Part shown: piece after piece, positions 9,128-17,458 of the stretch
How the letters are laid out: each line of letters begins with the position of its first letter
How positions within the stretch are numbered: the stretch's first letter is position 1
Assembly: GCA_944393605.1 (NCBI GenBank)
Contig: CALYAO010000057.1
Location: forward strand, 323 to 64,322
From: an uncultured Clostridia bacterium
GTDB taxonomy: Bacteria > Bacillota > Clostridia > UBA1381 > UBA9506
DNA length: 64,000 bases
Direction: 5' to 3'
The notes under the pieces: model-generated
Database searches by the model: none
What the model saw: the letters and a program-made list of their open reading frames with translations, nothing else
What the model was told of the DNA's origin: nothing
Program-made: the position numbers and the translations under genes

Positions 9128-9639
9128 CCAAATGTTCTCCTGTTCTTTATATTACTTACAGTACTTTCGCTGACGTCAAATATTTTTGCTATCAACCTTC
9201 CTGTATAACCACACAGCAAATAAAATCTTATCTTATAAACATCGTCAATAGACAATTTGCGCCACCGTTGACCTTGAATATAAACATCAAGGATATTTTC
9301 AGTCCTTGTGCCATAGCGCAAATTTTCAACTCGATTATCCTTTGGATTTCCATTTTTATGCAACACTTCGCAATTAGGCGGACAGTTTCCCAAGAAAGTT
9401 TTTGCTATTAATTGATGTACGGGAACACCTGGATTGCCTTTTCCTAAAACAACAGATACATGACCTGTTTTACAGTATTGCCCCGGCTGCAACATTCGTT
9501 CGTTTACTGTTCTGTAAAATTCCTTTCCAGTATAGTGGCAAATACTTCGCACCGAACGTTTAAGACTTTTTATCCGTCCTTTCGTACTTGCCTGATATTT
9601 ACCCTCATAACCGGGTATATCTTTCCATAGCTCTTTCAT
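9115..9639 (-). CDS. Free-standing NUMOD4/HNH_3-type homing endonuclease
   Basis: N-terminus WKDIPGYEGKYQASTKGRIKS is a NUMOD4 motif, followed by an HNH_3-like core (VHQLIAKTF...HKNGNPKDNRVENL) and a C-terminal HTH. AGGAGG RBS before ATG 9639. The 3' end overlaps the polA start by 13 nt. Confidence 0.8.
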   Translation of the reverse strand: MKELWKDIPGYEGKYQASTKGRIKSLKRSVRSICHYTGKEFYRTVNERMLQPGQYCKTGHVSVVLGKGNPGVPVHQLIAKTFLGNCPPNCEVLHKNGNPKDNRVENLRYGTRTENILDVYIQGQRWRKLSIDDVYKIRFYLLCGYTGRLIAKIFDVSESTVSNIKNRRTFGWLK

Positions 9640-9707
9640 TTTTCCTCCTACACGTATCAGCATACAGAGGGGCACACCCCTCTGTCGCCGATATGTAAAC
9701 CACCGAA

Positions 9708-10253
9708 TTAATCTAAGAAATCATCATCGTCCAAGGTGGTAAAGTCATCTGCCGCATTGCTTCTGCCGCCGAGCGGTTCGCCGTCACGCACCTTTTGAAT
9801 GTTTCCAAGTCCACAGGCGATACCGCGATTGCCGTTGGAGTTGAACGCATAAAAAGTAATAGACACTCTGGCATATACACCGCTGTAAACCTCACTGCGG
9901 TCAAGGATTGGCTGCACTTTTGTATCCACGATCTGCGGCGGAGTTAAGCTGTTAGCGTTTACAAAATAGCTGTCCGCATACGCTTCATCCTCACGCTCTA
10001 AATCTCCGTCACGGAGCGGAAGTTTCAAAGCCGTTTTATTCGGGATTTTACCTCCAAACTTGGACGCTCCCTCTTTAATAGCGTTATCAATTGCGGCATT
10101 GATTGCGTTGATTGTTTTGGTATCGGATTTGGGAATGATAAGTGAAACAGAGTATTTTTCTGCACCGCCGTTAACAGACTTTGGCTCCCACACATTTGCA
10201 TAAGAGAGTCTCACTACACCTGTTACAACTTTTGTATTATTTTGATTTGACAT
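9708..10253 (-). CDS. DUF2815 phage protein (SSB-like)
   Basis: N-terminus KVVTGVVRLSYANVWEPKS...KYSVSLIIPKSD and the acidic C-terminus DDFTTLDDDDFLD are typical of the DUF2815 family. Confidence 0.75.
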   Translation of the reverse strand: MSNQNNTKVVTGVVRLSYANVWEPKSVNGGAEKYSVSLIIPKSDTKTINAINAAIDNAIKEGASKFGGKIPNKTALKLPLRDGDLEREDEAYADSYFVNANSLTPPQIVDTKVQPILDRSEVYSGVYARVSITFYAFNSNGNRGIACGLGNIQKVRDGEPLGGRSNAADDFTTLDDDDFLD

Positions 10254-10258
10254 AATTT

Positions 10259-11401
10259 TCAGTCCTCCATATTTTCATTAAATTCTATTTTTACATCGTT
10301 TAGCGTAATAGCCGGACGCTTGTCCGAAGCAGAAACAAGTACCGGTTTGCCTTTCGGCTTATATACAAGGTTCCCGAGAATTTCTGCAAACTGTTTTTTG
10401 CCCATGAGCCGTTCCATTTCGGTAATGGTAATAAGGCTCTGCTTATAAATATCCTTGTAACCTGCTTTCATTGCCGTTTCTGCGACTGCGTTCTCGTCCG
10501 TGTATTTACGGTTGGAGCGCCCTTCGACCAACTTAAAACCTCGCCATACTTTTCCGTGGTTGATAGCGGCATCCTGCGCATATGCTGTAATTTCGTTTGC
10601 CCATTTGGTAAGGTCATCAAGTTTTGCTAAAATGTCCTCAATTTCTGTATCTGTCAAAAGCGGCGGCATGGCAAATTCATATTTTGCAAGACTCAGCTTT
10701 TCCTCAGCTCTTGCCCGGCATTTTACAGCCGCCTTGCAGAAGGTACACCATGAACCTGCACAGTATTCGCCTTCACCCTTAAATGCCGCCTGTGCCTTTG
10801 GAATGAGAGTATTATTTGCCCAGACATTAAGTTCCTTTACCGGAATCGTCCATGTGCTGATATTATCCCGACGGGGTTGATATATGGTCATTGAGATTTC
10901 CTCAATATCATATAGCCCATCGTAAATCTCCAACGCGCCGAGTGCATACAGCATCATTTGCGGATTGTTTTCCGCTTCCACAAGAATGCCTTGTCCGTAT
11001 TTCAAATCAATGATATGCAAGGTTTTGTCAGCAATAATAATGCAGTCGCCTGTGCCAAATCCATCGGGAACAAATCGAGTAAAGTCGAGTTTCTGCTCGA
11101 TCAGAATGATGGGGTCATTGCATCGGACTTTTGCTTCCCCTAAAACTTCTAAGATAAAAGCAACATAGCCGTCTGTGTAATCGTCCATTTCATCACAGTC
11201 GTATACAGAAACAGGCTTTTTTGAACGCATTTTGAGAGCCTTTCGGAGTTTATGTTCGGCAAGCGCATGTGCGGCTGTACCTTCTGCCGCAGCTTCGCTT
11301 TCTTTGTTTTCAAACTTCACCTCAAGCCTTGCCGACGGGTTACAGTTCAGCCATCGATGGGCAGACGAAGCAGATAATATGGCGTGTTTTTGCGGCGGCA
11401 T
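10259..11401 (-). CDS. DUF2800 PD-(D/E)xK (Cas4-like) nuclease
   Basis: N-terminus ILSASSAHRWLNCNPS, catalytic-like GTGDCIIIAD...IIDLKYGQG, and the C-terminal Cys cluster CAGSWCTFCKAAVKC. Confidence 0.75.
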   Translation of the reverse strand: MPPQKHAILSASSAHRWLNCNPSARLEVKFENKESEAAAEGTAAHALAEHKLRKALKMRSKKPVSVYDCDEMDDYTDGYVAFILEVLGEAKVRCNDPIILIEQKLDFTRFVPDGFGTGDCIIIADKTLHIIDLKYGQGILVEAENNPQMMLYALGALEIYDGLYDIEEISMTIYQPRRDNISTWTIPVKELNVWANNTLIPKAQAAFKGEGEYCAGSWCTFCKAAVKCRARAEEKLSLAKYEFAMPPLLTDTEIEDILAKLDDLTKWANEITAYAQDAAINHGKVWRGFKLVEGRSNRKYTDENAVAETAMKAGYKDIYKQSLITITEMERLMGKKQFAEILGNLVYKPKGKPVLVSASDKRPAITLNDVKIEFNENMED

Positions 11402-11722
11402 TTACAACACCTCCGCATCTGCTAAAAGCGCGGGATAATCATTAGGGTCAATGTCACTCAGCCGGTTATGCCCGTACTTTCCAAGCAGTTCCCGAATTTG
11501 TGCCCCGTGTCCTTCTGCGCTTTTTTTGCTTAATACAGCACGTACTTCCTCCAAAGTGTATGAAGGGGTATCCGCTTTGGGTTCGCCCACCGTTGGAACC
11601 TCCACGCTTACTGTATTGGGAGCAGGCTGCGAATCGCACATCATATTTGCCGCTGCTTCCAAACTATCTGCAAGAGAACGCATATTGGAGATGACATCAA
11701 GCAGAAGTTTTGTTTTTCTCAT
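11402..11722 (-). CDS. Hypothetical phage protein
   Basis: 106-aa ORF tightly packed in the leftward operon. No motif recognised. Confidence 0.5.
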   Translation of the reverse strand: MRKTKLLLDVISNMRSLADSLEAAANMMCDSQPAPNTVSVEVPTVGEPKADTPSYTLEEVRAVLSKKSAEGHGAQIRELLGKYGHNRLSDIDPNDYPALLADAEVL

Positions 11723-11913
11723 ACTGTTTCACCTCCTGTCACTTCATTGATTGACAGCGACTCAACGCTGTCACCCGGAACAACGATTGTCAGCTTCGTC
11801 GGCGTACCGAGCAGAAACCGCAGCAGCCGTTCCCGTACCGAAACATGGCGGCAGCTTACAATACCTCCGTTGTTCGGCTGCTTCGAAACACTGATACTTA
11901 AATTGTGTTTCAT
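11719..11913 (-). CDS. Hypothetical small phage protein
   Basis: 64-aa ORF with stop/start overlap to the next gene. No motif recognised. Confidence 0.4.
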   Translation of the reverse strand: MKHNLSISVSKQPNNGGIVSCRHVSVRERLLRFLLGTPTKLTIVVPGDSVESLSINEVTGGETV

Positions 11914-11993
11914 TCTTTCGCCTTCTTTCTGAAAGGCTTATTTTGTATGCCTTTCAATATACGGAGATTGGCGGGGGTATTTGTGAGGGTATT

Positions 11994-12392
11994 TCATAAA
12001 AATTTTTTGACTTTTTTGCGAATACCCTCAAACGACTCACTGATGCTCTTGAAAGAAACCTTTTGTTTCTCAGCTATCTGCCGCATGGATATTCCTTTTA
12101 TGTATAAGGAAAGTCGTTCTCTTTGAATCTCTGTTAGGGATGCAAGGAATGCTTGCATCTTAATGCGGCTGTCTTTTTCAGCTTCTTTGCCAAGGAGCAG
12201 TGCTTCGGGTGTGTTATAGTCGGCATAATCATCACCTTCTTAATCTGCCCCTTCAATATAAAAACAGTGATATCGTTCCTTTCGGTTTTGGTTTGACTCA
12301 ATTCTGCGGGAATCTAAAATGATGTTTCCGATATTTTCGCTTACCTCAATCTCTGTTACTTCACCCGTGATAAATTTGTACTTAATTTTCAT
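11994..12392 (-). pseudogene. Sigma-70 region 4-like HTH regulator split by an in-frame TAA (12240-12242)
   Basis: A 50-aa ORF (12392-12243, MKIKYKFITGEVTEIEV...RKERYHCFYIEGAD) and a 54-aa HTH ORF (ATG 12158, ...LTEIQRERLSLYIKGISMRQIAEKQKVSFKSISESFEGIRKKVKKFL) share one frame. They are separated by one TAA plus 27 open codons. Neither ORF is in the >=60 aa track. Confidence 0.4.
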
Positions 12393-12442
12393 TTTCTGTT
12401 CCTTTCCTCATTCGAGTGAAGCAGGAACAGCTTTTTAGGTAT

Positions 12443-12480
12443 AAAAAACCGGAGTAAAGCTATAAATGCTTCACTCCGGC
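12443..12480 (-). terminator. Rho-independent terminator after the Zn-ribbon gene
   Basis: On the minus strand, CCGGAGTGAAGC / GCTTTACTCCGG stem followed by TTTTTT. Confidence 0.65.
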
Positions 12481-12597
12481 CATTTGGTCAATCGTTGCCC
12501 TCTAAACTACACGATGGGAGTTTCTGCTAAAGCATAGGGATCGTTGCCTTTGCTCGGTAGCTGAACGCTACAAATGAATTGATATTATTTTTCTATT

Positions 12598-12774
12598 TTA
12601 TTGTAAGTCTGGGACTGCAATTGTTACGATTTTATGACAATTTGGGCACTTGAGCTGAATTTTAAAATTGCCTTTTGGTGATGTTAGTACATCAAATGCT
12701 CGCCTTCCGCATTTGGGGCAGCATAATGATAGTATCGCAGATTTCGTCTGAACAATTTGTGCTTGGGTTTTCAT
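12598..12774 (-). CDS. Small CxxC...CxxC zinc-ribbon protein (Com-like / Cys-rich KTR-like), first gene of the leftward early transcript
   Basis: CPKCGRRAF...17 aa...CPNCHKIVTI. GGAGGA RBS 6 nt before ATG 12774. Confidence 0.5.
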   Translation of the reverse strand: MKTQAQIVQTKSAILSLCCPKCGRRAFDVLTSPKGNFKIQLKCPNCHKIVTIAVPDLQ

Positions 12775-12888
12775 TTTCATTCCTCCATTCATAAGCCGTT
12801 TTTATTTGGGCAATATTTTAAATTTTTATTATGTTTCTACCTATCCCGTCAAAAACCTTTATATCTGCACCTTTTTCATTATAAACAG

Positions 12889-12917
12889 TTGACAAGTGAA
12901 GTTTTCAGATGTATAAT
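12889..12917 (+). promoter_or_regulatory. Consensus sigma-A promoter for the XRE repressor / ImmA operon
   Basis: TTGACA (12889-12894), 17-nt spacer, TATAAT (12912-12917). Confidence 0.65.
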
Positions 12918-13010
12918 AAACTCAAAAGTTCACCAACTTCACTTAAATTATATAACGTAAAGGGAAGTTTGTCAATACAGAAAGTGAAAATAGTGAAGAA
13001 CAGATGAAGT
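12894..13010. promoter_or_regulatory. Operator-like repeats in the lysis/lysogeny switch region
   Basis: AAGTGAAGTT (12894-12903) and its perfect reverse complement AACTTCACTT (12935-12944) bracket the -10 box. Further AGTGAA(A/G) half-sites at 12983, 12992 and 13003. Confidence 0.5.
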
Positions 13011-13034
13011 TATTGATTAGAAAGGGGCTATGTC

Positions 13035-13475
13035 ATGAAGACTTTTGCCGAAAAAGTTAGGGAAGCAAGAATCGCACTGAATTTGAACCAGGAAATGCTG
13101 GGAAAGTTGGTCGGAGTAAGTAAACGTACCATTGTTGCTTATGAAAACAACCAGGCAATTCCACGACCTAACAAACTAGCAAAACTCGCCGAAGTACTGC
13201 AAGTTTCTGTCGATTATTTGAAAAATGACGAAATTGACAATCCGCTATATGGAATAGAAAAACAACCTTTCATAGATGAAGCCAGAGAACGATATGGGAA
13301 TAAAGCCGCTCGTGAAATTGACTTTTTAATGGAACGGAATATTGCGCTGTTTGCTGGCGGCGATATTAGCGATGAGGCAAAAGAGGCGTATTTTGAAGCA
13401 GTAATGCAGGCGTATCTTGAATGTAAGGCACGTGCAAAAGAAAAGTTTGGCAGAAAGAATAAAAAATCTGAATAA
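13035..13475 (+). CDS. XRE-family HTH repressor (cI-like)
   Basis: REARIALNLNQEMLGKLVGVSKRTIVAYENNQAIPRPNKLAKLAEVLQVSVDYL is a canonical HTH_3 domain. Confidence 0.85.
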   Translation: MKTFAEKVREARIALNLNQEMLGKLVGVSKRTIVAYENNQAIPRPNKLAKLAEVLQVSVDYLKNDEIDNPLYGIEKQPFIDEARERYGNKAAREIDFLMERNIALFAGGDISDEAKEAYFEAVMQAYLECKARAKEKFGRKNKKSE

Positions 13476-13539
13476 CTATTGATTTCTTGAGGAGAAGATA
13501 AAAAATTTTTGTCAGGTTTAAAAAGAAAGGTGATTTCTG

Positions 13540-14103
13540 TTGACCGGCTTTAATTTTATTTGTGAAACGGTACAAAAAATGAAAAAGAAATATGATGAGT
13601 CCGACCCTTTTCAGGTGTGCAAAGAAATGGAAATTCCTGTTTTGTACGCTTCTATGGGGACAGGTGATGCGTGCTGTAAAGGGTTCTTTTTTCCGCATAG
13701 CAGAATTCGCACAATTACTATCAACAGCGATTTGTCCCGTGACATTCAGCGAATTATATGTTCTCATGAGCTTGGTCATGCTGTGCTGCACCGCAAATGC
13801 ACAGGTGTTAAGGCATTTCATGATTTTGCTTTATTTGACACGGCAAGTAAATATGAATATGAAGCAAATATCTTTGCGGCAGAGTTTTTATTGCCGGATA
13901 GCAATGTTCTGGAGGTTCTCAATGGCGATTTATCCTTTTTTCAAGCCGCAGCGGCACTTTATGTTCCGGCAGAAATCCTTGACTTTAAATTTCGCATTAT
14001 GAAACAAAAGGGATATGCTTTGGTTGATCCGCCCATAATAACTAATGGTAACTTTTTAAAAAATATAGATATTCCAATAAATTATGAATACAATTATTGT
14101 TAA
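13540..14103 (+). CDS. ImmA/IrrE family metalloprotease (anti-repressor protease)
   Basis: HEXXH motif CSHELGHAVLH in a DUF955-like context, directly downstream of the XRE gene. TTG start with an AAGGTGA RBS (alternative ATG at 13579). Confidence 0.8.
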   Translation: MTGFNFICETVQKMKKKYDESDPFQVCKEMEIPVLYASMGTGDACCKGFFFPHSRIRTITINSDLSRDIQRIICSHELGHAVLHRKCTGVKAFHDFALFDTASKYEYEANIFAAEFLLPDSNVLEVLNGDLSFFQAAAALYVPAEILDFKFRIMKQKGYALVDPPIITNGNFLKNIDIPINYEYNYC

Positions 14104-14232
14104 ACGTGAGTTTATTTATCATTTGGAAATATAATTTTTCCCTTTTTATTCCACATAGGAACTTTTTTATCATAAATACGTCTAATCTTATAAAAGGTTC
14201 AAAAAAATACATAAAAAGGAGAAAAAATTATT

Positions 14233-15324
14233 ATGAAGAAAAATTTTGTTATTGTCGCTTTAAGCGGCGCTTTAATCTGTATGGCATGCGCTCCGGCAAT
14301 GGCGGCGCAAGACCCGATACCTGTACCAATCTCTGCTCCTGTAATGGAAGAATCTCAGCAGCTGCCCGATAGCGTTTTATATTATGGGCAAGTTAAAGAG
14401 ATTCGAAAAGCGGAAGACGGGACGCTTTCACAGCTGCTGCTTACTTCCGACCGGTATGGCGAATATATGATGAATATTTCTTCCGAAACCGTTTGGATTG
14501 ACAGCGGCAACCAATGTGCGGATGATCCTTCGGATTTGAAAGTAGGAGAAAGAGTTTACATATTCCATAGTCCTGTAGAAACCAGGTCATTACCTGCACA
14601 ATCCGCTGCTTTTGCAGTTGTCCGTAATATTCCGCAGGATGTTGGATGCGCACAGTATCACGAGGTAGAGGCGGTTGCTGAGGAAGATGGACAGTTGAAG
14701 ATTACCACAAGCAACGGTGGACTTTTTATCCTTGCTGATGAAAAAACGAAACTTTCTTCCTACAATGCAGACAAAGACGTTTCGCCAGACAACATTAAGG
14801 CAGGCGATCATGTGATGGCATGGTACGAAGCTTATGCGGCGGTTTATCCCGGTCAAACGCATGCCAATCATCTCATGCTGTTAGATACAGCCGAAACGCA
14901 GCCCCTTACGCGTGCCGGTTTGGTTACCCTTTTGTACAATGCGGCAGGAAACCCTGTGGTAGAGTATGAAATAGATTATAATGACGTGACCGATAGTGAT
15001 ACTTATGCTGAGGCTATTCGCTGGGCAAGCAGCGAGGGATTTATTAGCGGATACGGAAATGGAAGTTTCGGCCCCAATGATGCAATCAGCCGTGAGCAAT
15101 TGGTTACCATTCTGTGGCGTTATTCCGGCAGTCCTATGTTAATGGACTATCCTGGTTTGACTCAGTTTAGTGATGTTGGGGAAATTTCTCGTTTTGCACA
15201 ACAGGCAATGGCTTGGGCGCATCAGAAAAAACTGATTTCTGCTACGGAAGACGGAATCCTCAACCCCCAAGGCACTGCAACATTAGAAGAAGCAGAACAA
15301 ATGCTGGCGTTGCTTAAGGCCTAA
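14233..15324 (+). CDS. Secreted SLH-domain cell-surface protein
   Basis: Signal peptide MKKNFVIVALSGALICMACAPAMAA. C-terminal SLH repeats (YNDVTDSDTYAEAIRWASSEGFISGYGNGSFGPNDAISREQLVTILWRY; FSDVGEISRFAQQAMAWAHQKKLIS). Confidence 0.8.
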   Translation: MKKNFVIVALSGALICMACAPAMAAQDPIPVPISAPVMEESQQLPDSVLYYGQVKEIRKAEDGTLSQLLLTSDRYGEYMMNISSETVWIDSGNQCADDPSDLKVGERVYIFHSPVETRSLPAQSAAFAVVRNIPQDVGCAQYHEVEAVAEEDGQLKITTSNGGLFILADEKTKLSSYNADKDVSPDNIKAGDHVMAWYEAYAAVYPGQTHANHLMLLDTAETQPLTRAGLVTLLYNAAGNPVVEYEIDYNDVTDSDTYAEAIRWASSEGFISGYGNGSFGPNDAISREQLVTILWRYSGSPMLMDYPGLTQFSDVGEISRFAQQAMAWAHQKKLISATEDGILNPQGTATLEEAEQMLALLKA

Positions 15325-15411
15325 CAGGAACGCTATAAAAATAGGACTGGAGCATAATATTTAGTATCATAAAAATTTAATAGAATGGATGTTTCATATC
15401 CATAATACACG

Positions 15412-15446
15412 AAACGGTGCTGAGAATCATCTCAGCACCGTTTTTA
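15412..15446. terminator. Bidirectional rho-independent terminator
   Basis: ACGGTGCTGAG / CTCAGCACCGT stem flanked by an A-run and a T-run, between convergent genes. Confidence 0.7.
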
Positions 15447-15518
15447 TATTCATTTTTTTATTATAAGCGATCTAATGTTTTATGCAAAAAGACTTTTCCT
15501 ATTTTTAGTTTCCGTGCC

Positions 15519-15833
15519 CTATTCCTTTTTATTTCTCATCGCTTTCATCATTTGCAATATTGCTTCTCTTTGTTCAAAAGAAAGACAAGCCCATTCATCA
15601 AGTAATTGCTTTAAATCCGGAGTAAGTTCAATCATATCATCATCGGCAAAAAATTGAGAAAGCGTTATCCCAACAGATTTGCATATTATTTCAAGAGTAC
15701 CAATGTTAGGTGTATTTCCTCTGTGAAATATATTTGTTATGGTAGATTCGGATAATCCGCTTTCTTTTGAAAGCCTGTATCGAGTCCACCCTCTATTCTT
15801 CAAAGTTTTGCGAAGTCTATCATGAATATCCAC
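15519..15833 (-). CDS. XRE-family HTH transcriptional regulator
   Basis: LRKTLKNRGWTRYRLSKESGLSESTITNIFHRGNTPNIGTLEIICKSVGITLSQFF is an HTH_3-like domain. Divergent from the nuclease operon. Confidence 0.8.
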   Translation of the reverse strand: MDIHDRLRKTLKNRGWTRYRLSKESGLSESTITNIFHRGNTPNIGTLEIICKSVGITLSQFFADDDMIELTPDLKQLLDEWACLSFEQREAILQMMKAMRNKKE

Positions 15834-15861
15834 AAATCCACCTTCTTTCTGTATATATTTT

Positions 15862-15925
15862 ACAGTTAAATTTAACCGTTTTGCAGACTAAATCTTGAAA
15901 TGTATTTACGGTTATGTTAAACTGT
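15862..15925. promoter_or_regulatory. Two related 18-bp near-palindromes (candidate operators) in a divergent promoter region
   Basis: ACAGTTAAATTTAACCGT (15862-15879) and ACGGTTATGTTAAACTGT (15908-15925). The reverse complement of the second shares ACAGTT...TAACCGT with the first. Confidence 0.45.
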
Positions 15926-15983
15926 ATTTAGGTATGTCCTTATCAGTAAATAAATATGTAAAAAAATAAAAGGAGATGGTTGC

Positions 15984-16394
15984 ATGATTATTTTTGCCTG
16001 TTTGGACGATAATGGCGGCATGTTATTTAACAACAGGCGTCAGAGCAAAGACAGCAGAGTTATTGAAAAAATACTTGAAATAATAGGCGACAAAAAAATA
16101 TGGATGAACCACTATACAAACAAGCTGTTTGAGGGACAGCAATACAAAAATATAAATATCGATGACAACTTTTTATCTGAAGCTGCCCAAGACGATTATT
16201 GTTTGATTGAAGGTCAGTCAGTAAAGGCTTATGAACCATGGATAGAAAAAATTATTTTGTTCAAATGGAATAGATCTTATCCTTATGATGTTTTATTTGA
16301 TATTTCTCTCCGTGATACCCGCTGGAAATTAAGTTATACTGAAGATTTTATGGGAAGTTCTCACGACAAAATAACGATGGAGGTATATGAATGA
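15984..16394 (+). CDS. DHFR-fold-like protein of unknown function
   Basis: 136 aa. MIIFACLDDNGGMLFNNRRQSKD...KIWMNHYT...IILFKWNRSYPYDVLFD loosely follows the DHFR/RibD-C fold pattern. Its stop overlaps the nuclease start (ATGA). Confidence 0.3.
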   Translation: MIIFACLDDNGGMLFNNRRQSKDSRVIEKILEIIGDKKIWMNHYTNKLFEGQQYKNINIDDNFLSEAAQDDYCLIEGQSVKAYEPWIEKIILFKWNRSYPYDVLFDISLRDTRWKLSYTEDFMGSSHDKITMEVYE

Positions 16395-17443
16395 TGAAGA
16401 AAGTACAGCCTCTTGTATTATCGTTTCTCTTATCCTGTTTATTACTGCTTTCAGGATGTGCCGGAACGAACGATGTCATCAACTTACCGGAATCAAGCGT
16501 TGCGCCCGGATCAACAATAATGGCTTCACCTGCGTCGGATGAATCTTCATCTGTTCGAGAGGAACATAAAGAAACTCCGGCAACAACTCAAATACCGAAA
16601 GCGAAACAAAAAACAGGGGTTTCCCAACTTTCAATTTCCGATATCCCCGTATATTCCGGTCAGGCATACACGGAAATAAATAACAATGTACCATATTTCA
16701 TAGACGCAGAACTGACAACAGCATCTTATGAAAAATATAGTTCTCTGGATCATTTGGGACGTTGAGGCATTGCAATTGCATGCGTTGGAACTGACATAAT
16801 GCCTGTTGAGGAACGCAGCTCTATAGGCCAAGTAAAACCTTCCGGATGGCATACCATAAAATATGATAATGTTGACGGCAAGTATCTGTATAACCGCTGT
16901 CATCTTGTGGGTTACCAGCTCACAGGCGAAAATGCCAACGAATGCAATTTAATAACAGGCACACGGTATTTAAATATACAAGGAATGCTTCCATTTGAGA
17001 ATATGGTGGCTGACTATGTCAAAGAAACCGGCAATCATGTGATGTATCGGGTGACACCAATGTTTGATGGCAGCAATTTATTAGCTACAGGTGTTCTAAT
17101 GGAAGGGTATTCCGTTGAAGATAATGGTGAAGGGATTTGTTATAATGTATTTTGCTATAATGTTCAACCCGGAATAAATATTGATTATGCTACGGGGGAC
17201 AGTTCATCCAAGCAAGGGTCAATTGTTCCCGAACAGCAATCAGCGGGTAATTCGGCACCGGCAGTCTCACCTAATAAGGGCAATTCTCACAGTTATATAG
17301 GCAATAAAAATACAAAGAAATTTCACTATCCATCCTGTAGCAGTGTGGATCAAATGAAAGAAAGCAATAAAATTTATTTAGAGTGTACACGTGAGGAAGC
17401 AATATTAAAAGGTTATGACGCGTGCCAGCGTTGTCGGCCATAA
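16391..17443 (+). pseudogene. Lipoprotein DNA/RNA non-specific (EndA / DNA-entry type) nuclease interrupted by an in-frame TGA at 16763-16765
   Basis: Lipobox LLLSGCAG. ORFs 16391-16765 and 16799-17443 are in the same frame with only one stop between them (HLGR*GIAIACVG). The downstream part carries SGWHTIKYDNVDGKYLYNRCHLVGYQLTGENANECNLITGTRYLN, typical of the Endonuclea_NS_2 family. C-terminal KFHYPSC...CQRC module. Confidence 0.75.
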
Positions 17444-17458
17444 ATGGAGGGTTCATTT

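Noticed and set aside
15984-16394. A mobile trimethoprim-resistance dihydrofolate reductase (dfr).
   Set aside because: Similarity to DHFR is only at the level of a loose fold pattern. The conserved substrate and NADPH motifs of Dfr enzymes are not evident, so a resistance call is not justified.
16763-16803. Selenocysteine insertion at the TGA in the nuclease gene. TGA appears to replace a Cys codon, and a GGCATT/AATGCC hairpin follows.
   Set aside because: The protein is a secreted lipoprotein nuclease, not a redox enzyme. The stem is only 6 bp with a 26-nt loop and has no recognisable bacterial SECIS features. No sel genes are visible in the window. A nonsense mutation is more parsimonious. 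It is kept as a low-probability alternative in the finding.
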